From NCBI GenBank assembly GCA_025774845.1, contig JALGZP010000006.1, positions 1,284 through 65,283 of the forward strand: 64,000 bases of DNA. Direction: 5' to 3'. Made by a program: the position numbers and the translations under genes. The notes under the pieces were generated by a model. It made no database searches. It saw only the letters and a list, made by a program, of their open reading frames with translations, and was not told the origin of the DNA. The stretch's first letter is position 1, and each line of letters begins with the position of its first letter. The DNA comes from a bacterium (lineage in GTDB: Bacteria; Arandabacterota; Arandabacteria; Arandabacterales; Arandabacteraceae). Positions 1-10,146 of the stretch are shown here, piece by piece.

Positions 1-1
1 C

Positions 2-361
2 TATGTTTCGGATAACGGTGAGTACAGGGGTGGAGTTATCGCGCCCGGTATGAACGCGGGTGCGGGGGATCTCTGGAAGCGGGCGCGGAAGCTGCCGGCG
101 GTGGAGATAATGCGTCCATCGAAACTGATAGGGACTTCAACGGTGGCATGCATGCAGGCAGGAATCTACTATGGTGCGGTCGGCCAGGTTGAAGGCATCG
201 TCAGGAGAATGTGGGGCGAGATGGGTGCCGAGTGCAAGGTCATAGTGACAGGGGGACGGGCGGGACTGATCTGGGAGGACCTGGGCTTTGAGGTGACATA
301 CGATCCGCATCTGACCCTCAAAGGGCTGGCCTACGCCGTCGACCCGGCCCTGCGTCTCTAG
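2..361 (+). CDS. coaX: type III pantothenate kinase, C-terminal part (5' end outside the window)
   Basis: The frame is open from the window edge. The translation ...DNGEYRGGVIAPGMNAG...GTSTVACMQAGIYYGAVGQVEGIVRRM...VIVTGGRAGLI matches the conserved C-terminal half of CoaX-type kinases. Stop TAG at 359-361. Confidence 0.8.
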   Translation, partial: YVSDNGEYRGGVIAPGMNAGAGDLWKRARKLPAVEIMRPSKLIGTSTVACMQAGIYYGAVGQVEGIVRRMWGEMGAECKVIVTGGRAGLIWEDLGFEVTYDPHLTLKGLAYAVDPALRL

Positions 362-372
362 GATTCAATGGT

Positions 373-446
373 CTCGCTGGCGCAGCCTCTTGGGACGCAA
401 GCGAATGCCTTTTCTGAGCAAGCGGACCAAGAGGTGCGCTGGCGAG
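373..446 (+). repeat. intergenic hairpin repeat, copy 1 (about 20-bp stem, 33-nt conserved loop)
   Basis: Arms 373-393 and 427-446 are complementary, with two G-T wobbles and one bulge. The loop GACGCAAGCGAATGCCTTTTCTGAGCAAGCGGA recurs at 56501-56571 (opposite strand) and partly at 12171-12190. Confidence 0.6.
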
Positions 447-465
447 TCACCGAGGGAAATAGAGC

Positions 466-494
466 TTGCCTATGTTTGCGGCGGTTTGTATTTT
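466..494 (+). promoter_or_regulatory. candidate sigma70-type promoter for groEL (TTGCCT-17-TATTTT)
   Basis: TTGCCT at 466-471, a 17-nt spacer and TATTTT at 489-494, about 60 nt upstream of the groEL start. Pattern match only. Confidence 0.3.
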
Positions 495-500
495 GTCTAA

Positions 501-2138
<1,638 letters not shown>

Positions 2139-2141
2139 GGG

Positions 2142-3422
2142 TCACCTGTAGCGGACAAGTAGGGGCAGGCTAAGCGCAAGGCACGAGCCGAGGATCACGA
2201 CAAGCGCAGTCTCGAGACCAAGCCTGGTACCTGCGGCCGCCGCAAGAGCTGCCGCCGCGACAATCGCGATCTTCATCAGCATATCCCTGACCGCGAAGAC
2301 CGTAGCCTGTCTTCGATGAGGTGTTTCCTCCTGTATGGAAGTCTCGCTCGAGACCAGGACGGGCCCCGCCACGAATCCCGCGGCTGTGACTGCAATTCCC
2401 ATGGGGATCAGTCGGTCGACCACACCGATCACTATCAGTGAGAGTATGGCCAGTGCCGTTCCCGTTACGACAAGCCGGGCCCGGCGGATGCCGTGTAACG
2501 CCTTGCCGGTTACGTAGCACCCCGCTGCCATACCCGCTCCGGCCAGGCCGACAAGAAAGCCCACGTGCATCGTTCCCTCAGGACTCATGCCTTCGACGAT
2601 CGCGACTCCAAGGACATAGACTGCTGCTCCCGCCACCGCCAGCAGCGACGGAGCAAGGACGCCCGCCTGCAGTGCGGCGGTCTTCCGGATCTCTCCCAGG
2701 GCATCCTTTATGATCCTGATGTAAGGGACATGGGCGGTAGGCTGCGACTCCTGCGGTATCACCCTTGTGGTTATAAAGGCCAGAGCACCGGCCGAGACGA
2801 AGTACGTGACGGAATCTATGTAGAGCGCAGCACGCCAGCCGGCTCGGGAGGCGAGGACACCACCGACACCAAACCCCAGGATCGTCGCCAGGGTCGCTCC
2901 CACAGAAAGAAGGGAATTCGCCTTGATCAGACTCTTCTGTGAGACTATCTCGGCTACGATTGCGCATCGTGCCGGAAGGAAGAAGAGATTTGCCACATAG
3001 AGCATTGCAACGACCGCGTAGACCGTCCAGAGAGGCAAAGCCGGTCTCAGAAAGGGTATCGCCAGTACGGCTGCTCCGCGAATAACATCCGTCACTATCA
3101 GGACCCGCTTCCGGTCGACGCGGTCGATGTAGGCCCCCGCGAGCGGGCCAAGGATGATCGCGGGCAGGGTCATGGCGGCGGCGAGTTTTGAAAGCTCGAA
3201 TATCGAGCCCGGTGTGGCAAAACGCTCTGTCTCAATCGAGATCATCTCGATCAGGGCTATGTTGCCCAGGCGGTCTCCCAGGATAGACACGATCTGACCC
3301 ACGAGAAGCGCCGTGAAAGAGATCGTAAAGAGGCTAGAGTAGCCTGAATCTTTTTGCCCGTTTAGGCTCACAGGTTCTCCTGCATACCGGTCGTGTGTGA
3401 AGTTCTCCGTATATGCCTGCAA
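2142..3422 (-). CDS. MFS-type transporter
   Basis: 426-aa ORF made almost entirely of about 12 hydrophobic helices with short basic loops (e.g. DRVDRKRVL after helix 2), as is typical of the major facilitator superfamily. A GTG at 3371 is an alternative start that shortens the overlap with the upstream gene. Confidence 0.7.
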   Translation of the reverse strand: MQAYTENFTHDRYAGEPVSLNGQKDSGYSSLFTISFTALLVGQIVSILGDRLGNIALIEMISIETERFATPGSIFELSKLAAAMTLPAIILGPLAGAYIDRVDRKRVLIVTDVIRGAAVLAIPFLRPALPLWTVYAVVAMLYVANLFFLPARCAIVAEIVSQKSLIKANSLLSVGATLATILGFGVGGVLASRAGWRAALYIDSVTYFVSAGALAFITTRVIPQESQPTAHVPYIRIIKDALGEIRKTAALQAGVLAPSLLAVAGAAVYVLGVAIVEGMSPEGTMHVGFLVGLAGAGMAAGCYVTGKALHGIRRARLVVTGTALAILSLIVIGVVDRLIPMGIAVTAAGFVAGPVLVSSETSIQEETPHRRQATVFAVRDMLMKIAIVAAAALAAAAGTRLGLETALVVILGSCLALSLPLLVRYR

Positions 3423-4509
3423 TCCGTCGTGCGATACGCGGCCAATCGAAGAGGATCGCTTTCTCCTGACCCTTCCGTCCCATCACCGCTCTCAACTCGC
3501 TGTCCGCCACAAGCCTGCCGAGCGCATCTGCAATCCCGGTCGTGTCGCCGGGTCTGACCAGGATACCGTCGACCTCATCGCTAACGATCTCACGATACCC
3601 CTCTATTCGGGTAGCCACGATCGGAATTCCAGCGGCCATTGCCTCGAGCAGGACTATGCCAAAACTCTCACTGCCGGCCGGTACCGAACAGAATATGTCT
3701 GAAGAACTGTAATAAGAAGGCAGGTCGGTGGGGGACACCCTGCCCCTGAAGACAATGTCCTTTCCTGTGAGCGGGTAAGCCATAGCCCGGCACGCAGGTT
3801 CCATGAATCCCTTTCCGACAATCACCAGTCTGGAATCGGGGTGCACGCGCCTGAGCTTCTTAAAGGCCGATATCAGCAAGGGTGCTCGTTTGCGTATATC
3901 CAGTCTTCCGACGAAGAGGATATTGATCCTGCCGTCGGCCAGCTCCCGTACAGGCTGGGCCCGGGCTGCAAACCTGCTGAACGCCACTCCGTTGGGGACA
4001 ACCACGTACTCACCGGGGAAGTAGCGCATCGCGAATCTGCGGGCCGCCTGTGAAACCGCGATACGGGCATCGAGTCTCAGAGCATGGGTGCGGAGCACCT
4101 CCGAGAAGACCTCATAGGCGGGCGACACCCTCGCGGACATGTGGAACGTCCCGACAACCGGACAATCCACCGATCTGGCCGCCATCAATGCCGCCAGCGG
4201 CAGCGTCGGTTCAAGCGGGCTGTGAATGTGTATGATGTCGAAATCGCCAGATCTGAAAACGTTCTCCAGGCGCTTTCTCAGGCGCAATCCGACAGTGACA
4301 TTTACGAAAGCTCCGTTTATGGGGAAAAGCGCGTTCCTGCCGATGCGTACCGTAGTGCCCGCACCGTCTTCATCGCCGTTATGAGGACCGGCCGTTACGA
4401 TTGTAACCTGGTGCCCCTGTGAGCGGAGGGCCTCGCAAAGGTGGTGCACGTGTTCCGTGACGCCTCCGAGACTAGGGTAGTATGATTGAGACACCATCGC
4501 GATTTTCAC
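3334..4509 (-). CDS. GT4-family glycosyltransferase (PimA-like)
   Basis: N-terminus VKIAMVSQSYYPSLGGVTEHVHHL and C-terminal ESFGIVLLEAMAAGIPIVATRIEGYREIV (E-x7-E region) are GT-B/GT4 signatures. The likely GTG start at 4509 overlaps the upstream stop as GTGA. The ORF track extends to 4545. Confidence 0.8.
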   Translation of the reverse strand: MKIAMVSQSYYPSLGGVTEHVHHLCEALRSQGHQVTIVTAGPHNGDEDGAGTTVRIGRNALFPINGAFVNVTVGLRLRKRLENVFRSGDFDIIHIHSPLEPTLPLAALMAARSVDCPVVGTFHMSARVSPAYEVFSEVLRTHALRLDARIAVSQAARRFAMRYFPGEYVVVPNGVAFSRFAARAQPVRELADGRINILFVGRLDIRKRAPLLISAFKKLRRVHPDSRLVIVGKGFMEPACRAMAYPLTGKDIVFRGRVSPTDLPSYYSSSDIFCSVPAGSESFGIVLLEAMAAGIPIVATRIEGYREIVSDEVDGILVRPGDTTGIADALGRLVADSELRAVMGRKGQEKAILFDWPRIARRIAGIYGELHTRPVCRRTCEPKRAKRFRLL

Positions 4510-5360
4510 TGCTCGTTCTCCCAGATCAACCGGAACATACACCACTGGTCGGCATAACGCCTGATGTAGTCCTCGACGATCGTTGCGATACTCCGCGTCA
4601 ATCCATTCTCATCCCGTCCGTCGATCGGGATCTCCTCCTCTATGTGCACAGTTATCATACCTCTTGCGGTTCTGATTGCAAATGCCGGAACGATCGCCGC
4701 ACCGGTTCTGATCGCCAAACCTGCCGGCCCCCTTGGTAGCACGGTCTTCCTGCCGAAAAGATCCGCGGTGATGCCACCCAGGTATTGATCCCCATCGATA
4801 TGCAACGCGACAATCTCACCCCGCTTGAGTGTCCGGGCTATCCTGAGTGTACCGCCATCGGCGGAGACGACGTCGATCCCACGGGCCTGCTTCATTGCCT
4901 TGATATGCGGTGACAGAGCCCGCGTGAACTGAATCCCGGCGACCGTGGTGATCCTGTAACCCAGAGCGGCGAGTGCGGCCCCGCCGAGTTCCCAGCTGCC
5001 GAGGTGGGCAGTCACGAGGATCACTCCTCTACCGGCCGACACGGCCGAATCAAGACGTTCGCGCCCCTCGAGCGACATGTTGGAGAGCAGGTCCTTCTTG
5101 CTGAGATGGGGGATCATGAATACCTCTGTCACGCTCCTTGCGAAATTGAGCATCACCCTGAACCCCACTCTGTTGAGACCGGGCAGTTTACTGTCCCCCA
5201 AAACGATCCTGAGATTGCGTGTGAGTTTCTGGCGACGTCCGGTGCAGAGTAAGAAACAGACAACTGCCAGCGTCTCACCTATTAGATAGGAGATCGATGG
5301 AGGTAGGATGCGTGCAAGAGTGGAAAGGACGCCATAACCTATTCTTGAGAGTGCATTCAT
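4506..5360 (-). CDS. lysophospholipid/lipid A-type acyltransferase (HtrB/PatA-like, LPLAT superfamily)
   Basis: 284 aa with an N-terminal hydrophobic anchor. Contains VILVTAHLGSWELGG (the H-x4-D/E acyltransferase motif region) and a C-terminal ...YIRRYADQW typical of lauroyl/myristoyl-type acyltransferases. Confidence 0.7.
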   Translation of the reverse strand: MNALSRIGYGVLSTLARILPPSISYLIGETLAVVCFLLCTGRRQKLTRNLRIVLGDSKLPGLNRVGFRVMLNFARSVTEVFMIPHLSKKDLLSNMSLEGRERLDSAVSAGRGVILVTAHLGSWELGGAALAALGYRITTVAGIQFTRALSPHIKAMKQARGIDVVSADGGTLRIARTLKRGEIVALHIDGDQYLGGITADLFGRKTVLPRGPAGLAIRTGAAIVPAFAIRTARGMITVHIEEEIPIDGRDENGLTRSIATIVEDYIRRYADQWCMFRLIWENEQ

Positions 5361-5476
5361 TTCTGATTGCCTGTATATGTCACACGTGCACGTTTGTCAA
5401 GTCTGGCCGATATTTGCCGGGATTTGCGTCTTGACAAGAAGCTTTGCGGAAAAGTAACCTGTCGCTGGAGGTTGCC

Positions 5477-5890
5477 GTGGCAAAAGAGAAGATCGTCCGG
5501 TGTATGATCTCGAAAGACCACTCTGACGGGCACGAGAAATCGGTCCGATACATCCCTCTGGAGATCTTCGAGCTCTGGAAAATCGTGATGACCGAGCGAC
5601 ATGATTTTGCGATTGAGGAAGATTGCATATCCCTCTGGTTTGACATTGACGGTGACCCGAACGTAACATATGCGGACGCGAACTACGACAAGGTAGTCCG
5701 GCTTTCATTGTCCCTCTATTCAGAACAGGACGGGATGTTCAAGACGGTCACAAGGTACTTCCCGTCGAATTCTTACCACGAGATCAAGCCTCGCTTTCTC
5801 TCACACTACACGCAGTACCTCAACGCTTCACGCTTTCCTCCCGGTATGAATGAGACCTACGGCGTGTGGCTGAAGCCTATCGACCGCTGA
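5477..5890 (+). CDS. hypothetical protein
   Basis: The ORF is open from 5444. A GTG at 5477 lies 5 nt after GGAGG. I recognise no motif. It is divergent from the acyltransferase gene. Confidence 0.5.
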   Translation: MAKEKIVRCMISKDHSDGHEKSVRYIPLEIFELWKIVMTERHDFAIEEDCISLWFDIDGDPNVTYADANYDKVVRLSLSLYSEQDGMFKTVTRYFPSNSYHEIKPRFLSHYTQYLNASRFPPGMNETYGVWLKPIDR

Positions 5891-6105
5891 CTCTGTTGCA
5901 TTTTGCCGAGCGGATTGCCAGGTGCAACGGAACCTGAGTCCGTCACACCCGTGCTTTTTGCAAGGCCGACTATCCTCTTATAAATCATCGCACTATATCG
6001 CAGCGTTCTCCCGGTAACCCCGGTTTCACTGGCATGCTTGTTGCTGTATTGATGCAAGCGGAGGATATAAGAAATCAGAATCCGAACACTGGGGAGGTCG
6101 GGCTA

Positions 6106-7143
6106 ATGGTTGTCTTCAACTACTCCGGCAGAGAGATAAACGCAAAGGTCGTTTACTACGGGCCGGGTCTGAGTGGGAAGACCACCAACCTCGAACACGT
6201 CTACGCCAAGACAGCCGGACACCTTCGCGGGAAGATGGTGTCCATGAAGACGAAAGTCGACCGGACACTGTTCTTCGATTTTCTTCCGATAGAAGGCGGA
6301 GAGATAGCCGGCTTCAATATACGGTTTCTCCTTTACACCGTACCAGGGCAGGTGTATTACAACGCAACGAGAAAGCTGGTGCTCAAGGGGGCGGACGCGA
6401 TCGTCTTTGTCGCCGATTCCCAGGCCGAGGAGATGGCGGCAAACAGAGAGAGCCTCAAGAACCTGAGGGAAAATCTCGACGAGCACGGCAAGGACCTCGA
6501 TGATATCCCACTTGTGATTCAGTACAACAAGCGGGACCTGCCATCGGCTCTGTCCATTGAGAAGCTCAACGAGGAATTGAATCCCAAGGGAGTGACGAGC
6601 TTCGAATCGGTGGCGACAACGGGTACAGGTGTTTTTGAAACGCTTGCGGCCGCAACCAAGATGGTGTTGTCCGACCTGCGGACGCAGCTTGTAAAAGACC
6701 AGGCAGAAGAAGTTGATTCGGGTGGACGGGAGATCTCATTCGGTTTCGTTCCGGAACCGGCTGGGACTCGGGCCACCGGGGAACAGGCGGAAAAAGACTC
6801 CTCCACGATCAAGGATAAGGTTCCAGATGTCCCCTCCCCGGGTGAAGAACCCTCCCCTGTTCCCACGGATACGGACGCTCCCTGTCCACCCGATCAACAT
6901 ACAGAGACGGAGCAAACGGTACAGGCCACGACGGCGCCCACCGCTACGGCGGTCAGTGAAACACCTGAAGCCGGAACGGGACAAAGCGTGGAGATCACAC
7001 ACTCCGCCAGGATTGCTGCAGGCAAAGGTGGTAAGCTGAGTATACCCGTCAGGGTCGGCGGAAACGGAAAACCCGGCCACGTCATACTCAACCTCGCGGT
7101 CGACATAGAAATCCTTACGGAAGAAGACGATAAGACGGTTTGA
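6106..7143 (+). CDS. mglA: MglA-type Ras-like small GTPase with about 150-aa C-terminal extension
   Basis: MVVFNYSGREINAKVVYYGPGLSGKTTN, VDRTLFFDFLP, LYTVPGQVYY, LKGADAIVFVADSQ and IQYNKRDL align almost residue for residue with Myxococcus MglA. ATG at 6106 follows GGGGAGG. The ORF track starts at 6034. Confidence 0.85.
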   Translation: MVVFNYSGREINAKVVYYGPGLSGKTTNLEHVYAKTAGHLRGKMVSMKTKVDRTLFFDFLPIEGGEIAGFNIRFLLYTVPGQVYYNATRKLVLKGADAIVFVADSQAEEMAANRESLKNLRENLDEHGKDLDDIPLVIQYNKRDLPSALSIEKLNEELNPKGVTSFESVATTGTGVFETLAAATKMVLSDLRTQLVKDQAEEVDSGGREISFGFVPEPAGTRATGEQAEKDSSTIKDKVPDVPSPGEEPSPVPTDTDAPCPPDQHTETEQTVQATTAPTATAVSETPEAGTGQSVEITHSARIAAGKGGKLSIPVRVGGNGKPGHVILNLAVDIEILTEEDDKTV

Positions 7144-7200
7144 CAGTCCTTCCTTGCTGTGATACCCTCTCCAGCAGTCGCAAATCCAGGGGTGTAGCGG

Positions 7201-8270
7201 TGAGTGAAAAAACCGTCAAGGCACTGAAGACCCAGTTCAAGCGGAAGCCCGGTGATTCCACCGCGCTTCTGGAGCTTGTAGCTGCCCTGCGGTCTGCAGG
7301 CAAGTACGATCAGGCGATTTCGTTGCTCGAGAGGTTCCTGTCGGAACACCCCGGTCACTTCGGAACAATGATCACCTACGGCGAAACCCTGCTGGACGTG
7401 CGAACATATGAAGAAGCGATCGCCGTCTTCCGGAGGGTCTGTGATGCTCAACCCTGCGCAGAGGCACACTACAGTCTGGCCCGCGCACTGGATCTCAAAG
7501 GCGTGTATGAGGAAGCGATCAAGGAGCACAATGCAGCTATCGGGCTTGAACCGGAATGTGCCGAGGCCTACTACAGACTCGGGATGACCTATACGCGCGG
7601 CGGCAAGTACGAGGACGCCCTGACCGCCTTCCAGAAGTGTCTGAGGTATGACCAATCCTGCGCGAAAGCCCACAGCGAAATGGCTTTGCTCTATGATAAG
7701 AAGGGACAGAAGGACCTCGCGATCGTCGAGCTGAAGAAGGCCGTCGAGAAGGATCCCCGTAACGCACAGTGGCACTGCAATCTCGGGGCTGTCTATGGTG
7801 ATGAGCGGATGTTCGATGAGGCGATCGAGGAATTCATGACTGCGATTTCGCTCGGTGGTGACGGGGCGGAAGAGCATTACAACCTCGGTGTTGCGCTGAG
7901 TAACAGGGGTGATATCGAGGAGGCCACGGCGGAGTTCAGGAGAGCCCTGAATATAGATCCGAAGTCGTCCAAGACGTTGTTTCACCTCGGGCTGGCCTAC
8001 CTTCGCAAAGGGCTGCACGCCAAAGCTATCCGGTCACTCACCAAGTGCCTGAATATCGACGCCGACAATGCGAAGGCGTACTTCTACCTCGGTCAGGCCT
8101 ATCTCGGCAAGGGTGATGTGGATGATGCAATAGCCTCGCTTGAGCGTGCCGTCGCGATCCAGTCTCAGGACTGGAGGGGCTACTACTACCTTGGCGTCGC
8201 GTACGATCACAAGGGTGACGGCGAGAGAGCCAAGGAAGCATACAAAAAGGCAGAGAGTCTTCACCGGTGA
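7201..8270 (+). CDS. TPR-repeat protein
   Basis: Eight to nine 34-aa repeats of the A-x3-Y-x-L-G/A...A-x3-F/Y-x2-A-L/I-x2-P type. The likely GTG start at 7201 follows AGGGG. The ORF is open from TTG 7140, which overlaps the mglA stop. Confidence 0.8.
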
Positions 8271-9124
8271 TGTCGCTGCGAGCCTGCTGGTACGTTCTCG
8301 TGCTTCTGAGACTTCACAACTGCGTGATCGCCTGGGGCTCAGTTGCGCTGGGCTCATTCCTGGCCGGCGGCAGGATCGGTTTCGAGTCCTGGATGGCGTC
8401 GTTGATGGCGTTCTTCGTCTGCGCGGGAGGCTACGCCCTGAATGATATCTTCGATGTCGACAGTGACAGGGTGATCAAACCCTGGCGGCCGCTCGTGAGC
8501 AGCCGGCTCCGCCGTGAGACCGCGATCACGGTAGTCATTGCCGTCTGGGCAATCGGGTGCGGTTTTGCGCTGCTTGCCGGCCGGCCGACGGTGGGGTTCT
8601 TCTCCGGCTGGGTTGTTCTCCTTTACCTATATTCCTGGAAGATCAAGTCGCATGGGGTGGCGGGCCCCGTAGTCGTCAGTCTCGTCGCCTCCTCCGGTTT
8701 CCTGCTTGGTGGACTGACGGGCGGCAGTCTGAGTGCGGCTGTCTTTCCGTTCGTGGTTGCCATGTCACTACACATGGCCCGGGAGACCGTCAAAAGCGTG
8801 GCCGATATCAGAGGGGACTCGAAGGCCGGCGTAGCTACTGTGGCGGTCCAACTCGGGGCAAGGAGGTCTCTGGGGCTGGCGCTCGGGTGGATAGCGGTGG
8901 TGATCGTAACGAGTCTGCTGCCGTTCGCGTTACGGGTTTATGGTTATCTTTATTTTCTGCCTGTCGTGATCGTCGTGTATCCGCTCCTTGCTGTCTGCAT
9001 CTATTTGATAACCACGGCTCGGATCGACCCGAACCGTGCTGAGCGGAACTCCTGCTCGGTCACGACCATTCTCAAAGCGGTGATGCCGGTTGGTCTTGTC
9101 GCATTCCTGCTGGCGGGGATCTGA
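8267..9124 (+). CDS. UbiA-family membrane prenyltransferase
   Basis: 285 aa with 8-9 hydrophobic helices. First Asp-rich motif ALNDIFDVDSDRVIKPWRPL (NDxxDxxxD). The start overlaps the TPR gene stop (GTGATG). Confidence 0.75.
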   Translation: MMSLRACWYVLVLLRLHNCVIAWGSVALGSFLAGGRIGFESWMASLMAFFVCAGGYALNDIFDVDSDRVIKPWRPLVSSRLRRETAITVVIAVWAIGCGFALLAGRPTVGFFSGWVVLLYLYSWKIKSHGVAGPVVVSLVASSGFLLGGLTGGSLSAAVFPFVVAMSLHMARETVKSVADIRGDSKAGVATVAVQLGARRSLGLALGWIAVVIVTSLLPFALRVYGYLYFLPVVIVVYPLLAVCIYLITTARIDPNRAERNSCSVTTILKAVMPVGLVAFLLAGI

Positions 9125-9126
9125 GC

Positions 9127-9933
9127 ATGACTCCATTTGACGAGGTACTGAAAGCGGCTGCAGTCGGGATCGTGCAGGCGCTGACCGAGTTTCTGCCGGT
9201 GAGCTCAAGCGGCCACATGGTGATTGCCAAGATATTGCTCGGGATCGAAGAGGAGCACATTTCCATCGAGGTCGTCACCCATTTTGCCACGGCTCTTGCG
9301 GTGCTGATCTACCTGAGACACCGCGTGGTGGAAATCCTGGGCGCCGTGGGAACCAGGCTGGCCGCGCGGGGTGGGGACATGACGGAACACCAGCGAAGGG
9401 ATTCAAAACTCTTTCTCCTGGTGATCCTGGGTTCGATTCCTGCAGCAATTGTGGGGCTGTCGGCCAGAGATTACATAGGCCGTTTTTTTGAAGATATGAC
9501 GACGACATCGATAATGCTGATAGTGACCGGAGTCTTTGTGCTGGTTTCGGGCCGCCTGACGAGACCGGGTGCGTCGCTCGGTGTGGTGCGGGCGCTGGTA
9601 GTAGGAATCGGACAGGCGTTTGCGATCGTCCCGGGTATCTCACGGTCGGGTATGACGGTCGGTACGGGTTTGCTTGCCGGTCTGGGCAGGAGGGAGGCAT
9701 TTGAGTTCTCGCTTCTCCTGTCGTTGCCCGCGATCATTGGAGCCTCAATCATCGAGATCGTCTCGGGGCGAGTGGGAGGGGAGCCGGTCGTGCTTCTGGC
9801 TGCAGCCATCCCGGCGTTCGGTGGGGGCTATCTTGCGATCTCACTCCTTTTCAGGGCCATCGTCCGTAACAAGTTTCATGTGTTCGCCTACTACCTCATC
9901 CCCCTCGGCGTAGCTCTCCTCATCTTTGCATAG
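9127..9933 (+). CDS. uppP: undecaprenyl-diphosphate phosphatase
   Basis: QALTEFLPVSSSGHMVI and AIVPGISRSGMT are the two conserved BacA/UppP motifs. 268 aa, polytopic. Confidence 0.9.
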   Translation: MTPFDEVLKAAAVGIVQALTEFLPVSSSGHMVIAKILLGIEEEHISIEVVTHFATALAVLIYLRHRVVEILGAVGTRLAARGGDMTEHQRRDSKLFLLVILGSIPAAIVGLSARDYIGRFFEDMTTTSIMLIVTGVFVLVSGRLTRPGASLGVVRALVVGIGQAFAIVPGISRSGMTVGTGLLAGLGRREAFEFSLLLSLPAIIGASIIEIVSGRVGGEPVVLLAAAIPAFGGGYLAISLLFRAIVRNKFHVFAYYLIPLGVALLIFA

Positions 9934-10041
9934 CGGGTGCCCCTAATGGGATCAGAGCTAAAAAGTTGATTTCTTGGTGTCTGACCTCCGATCCTGCAAC
10001 TTTTTAGCTCTGACCCCAGGGACTTTTGCATAGCGGGTGCC
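9925..10041. repeat. hairpin element flanked by exact 17-bp direct repeats (MITE-like or recombination scar)
   Basis: TTTGCATAGCGGGTGCC occurs at 9925-9941 and again at 10025-10041, exactly 100 bp apart. Between them is a perfect 17-bp inverted repeat, TCAGAGCTAAAAAGTTG (9952-9968) and CAACTTTTTAGCTCTGA (9997-10013). It extends to 21 bp with one mismatch. Confidence 0.65.
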
Positions 10042-10146
10042 GGTGAGGCATTCACCGACAGATCCCAGTATGAATTTGCTATCGTGTATTTATTGAAGTA
10101 TACCCCATGAATAGCGCTAGTACACTGCGTTATAATGATTTTTCTA

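Noticed and set aside
6894-8018. 374-aa minus-strand ORF spanning the mglA 3' end and the TPR gene
   Set aside because: The plus-strand frames carry clear MglA and TPR repeat signatures. The minus-strand translation is low-complexity and Arg/Leu/Gly-rich, so it is an antisense artefact.
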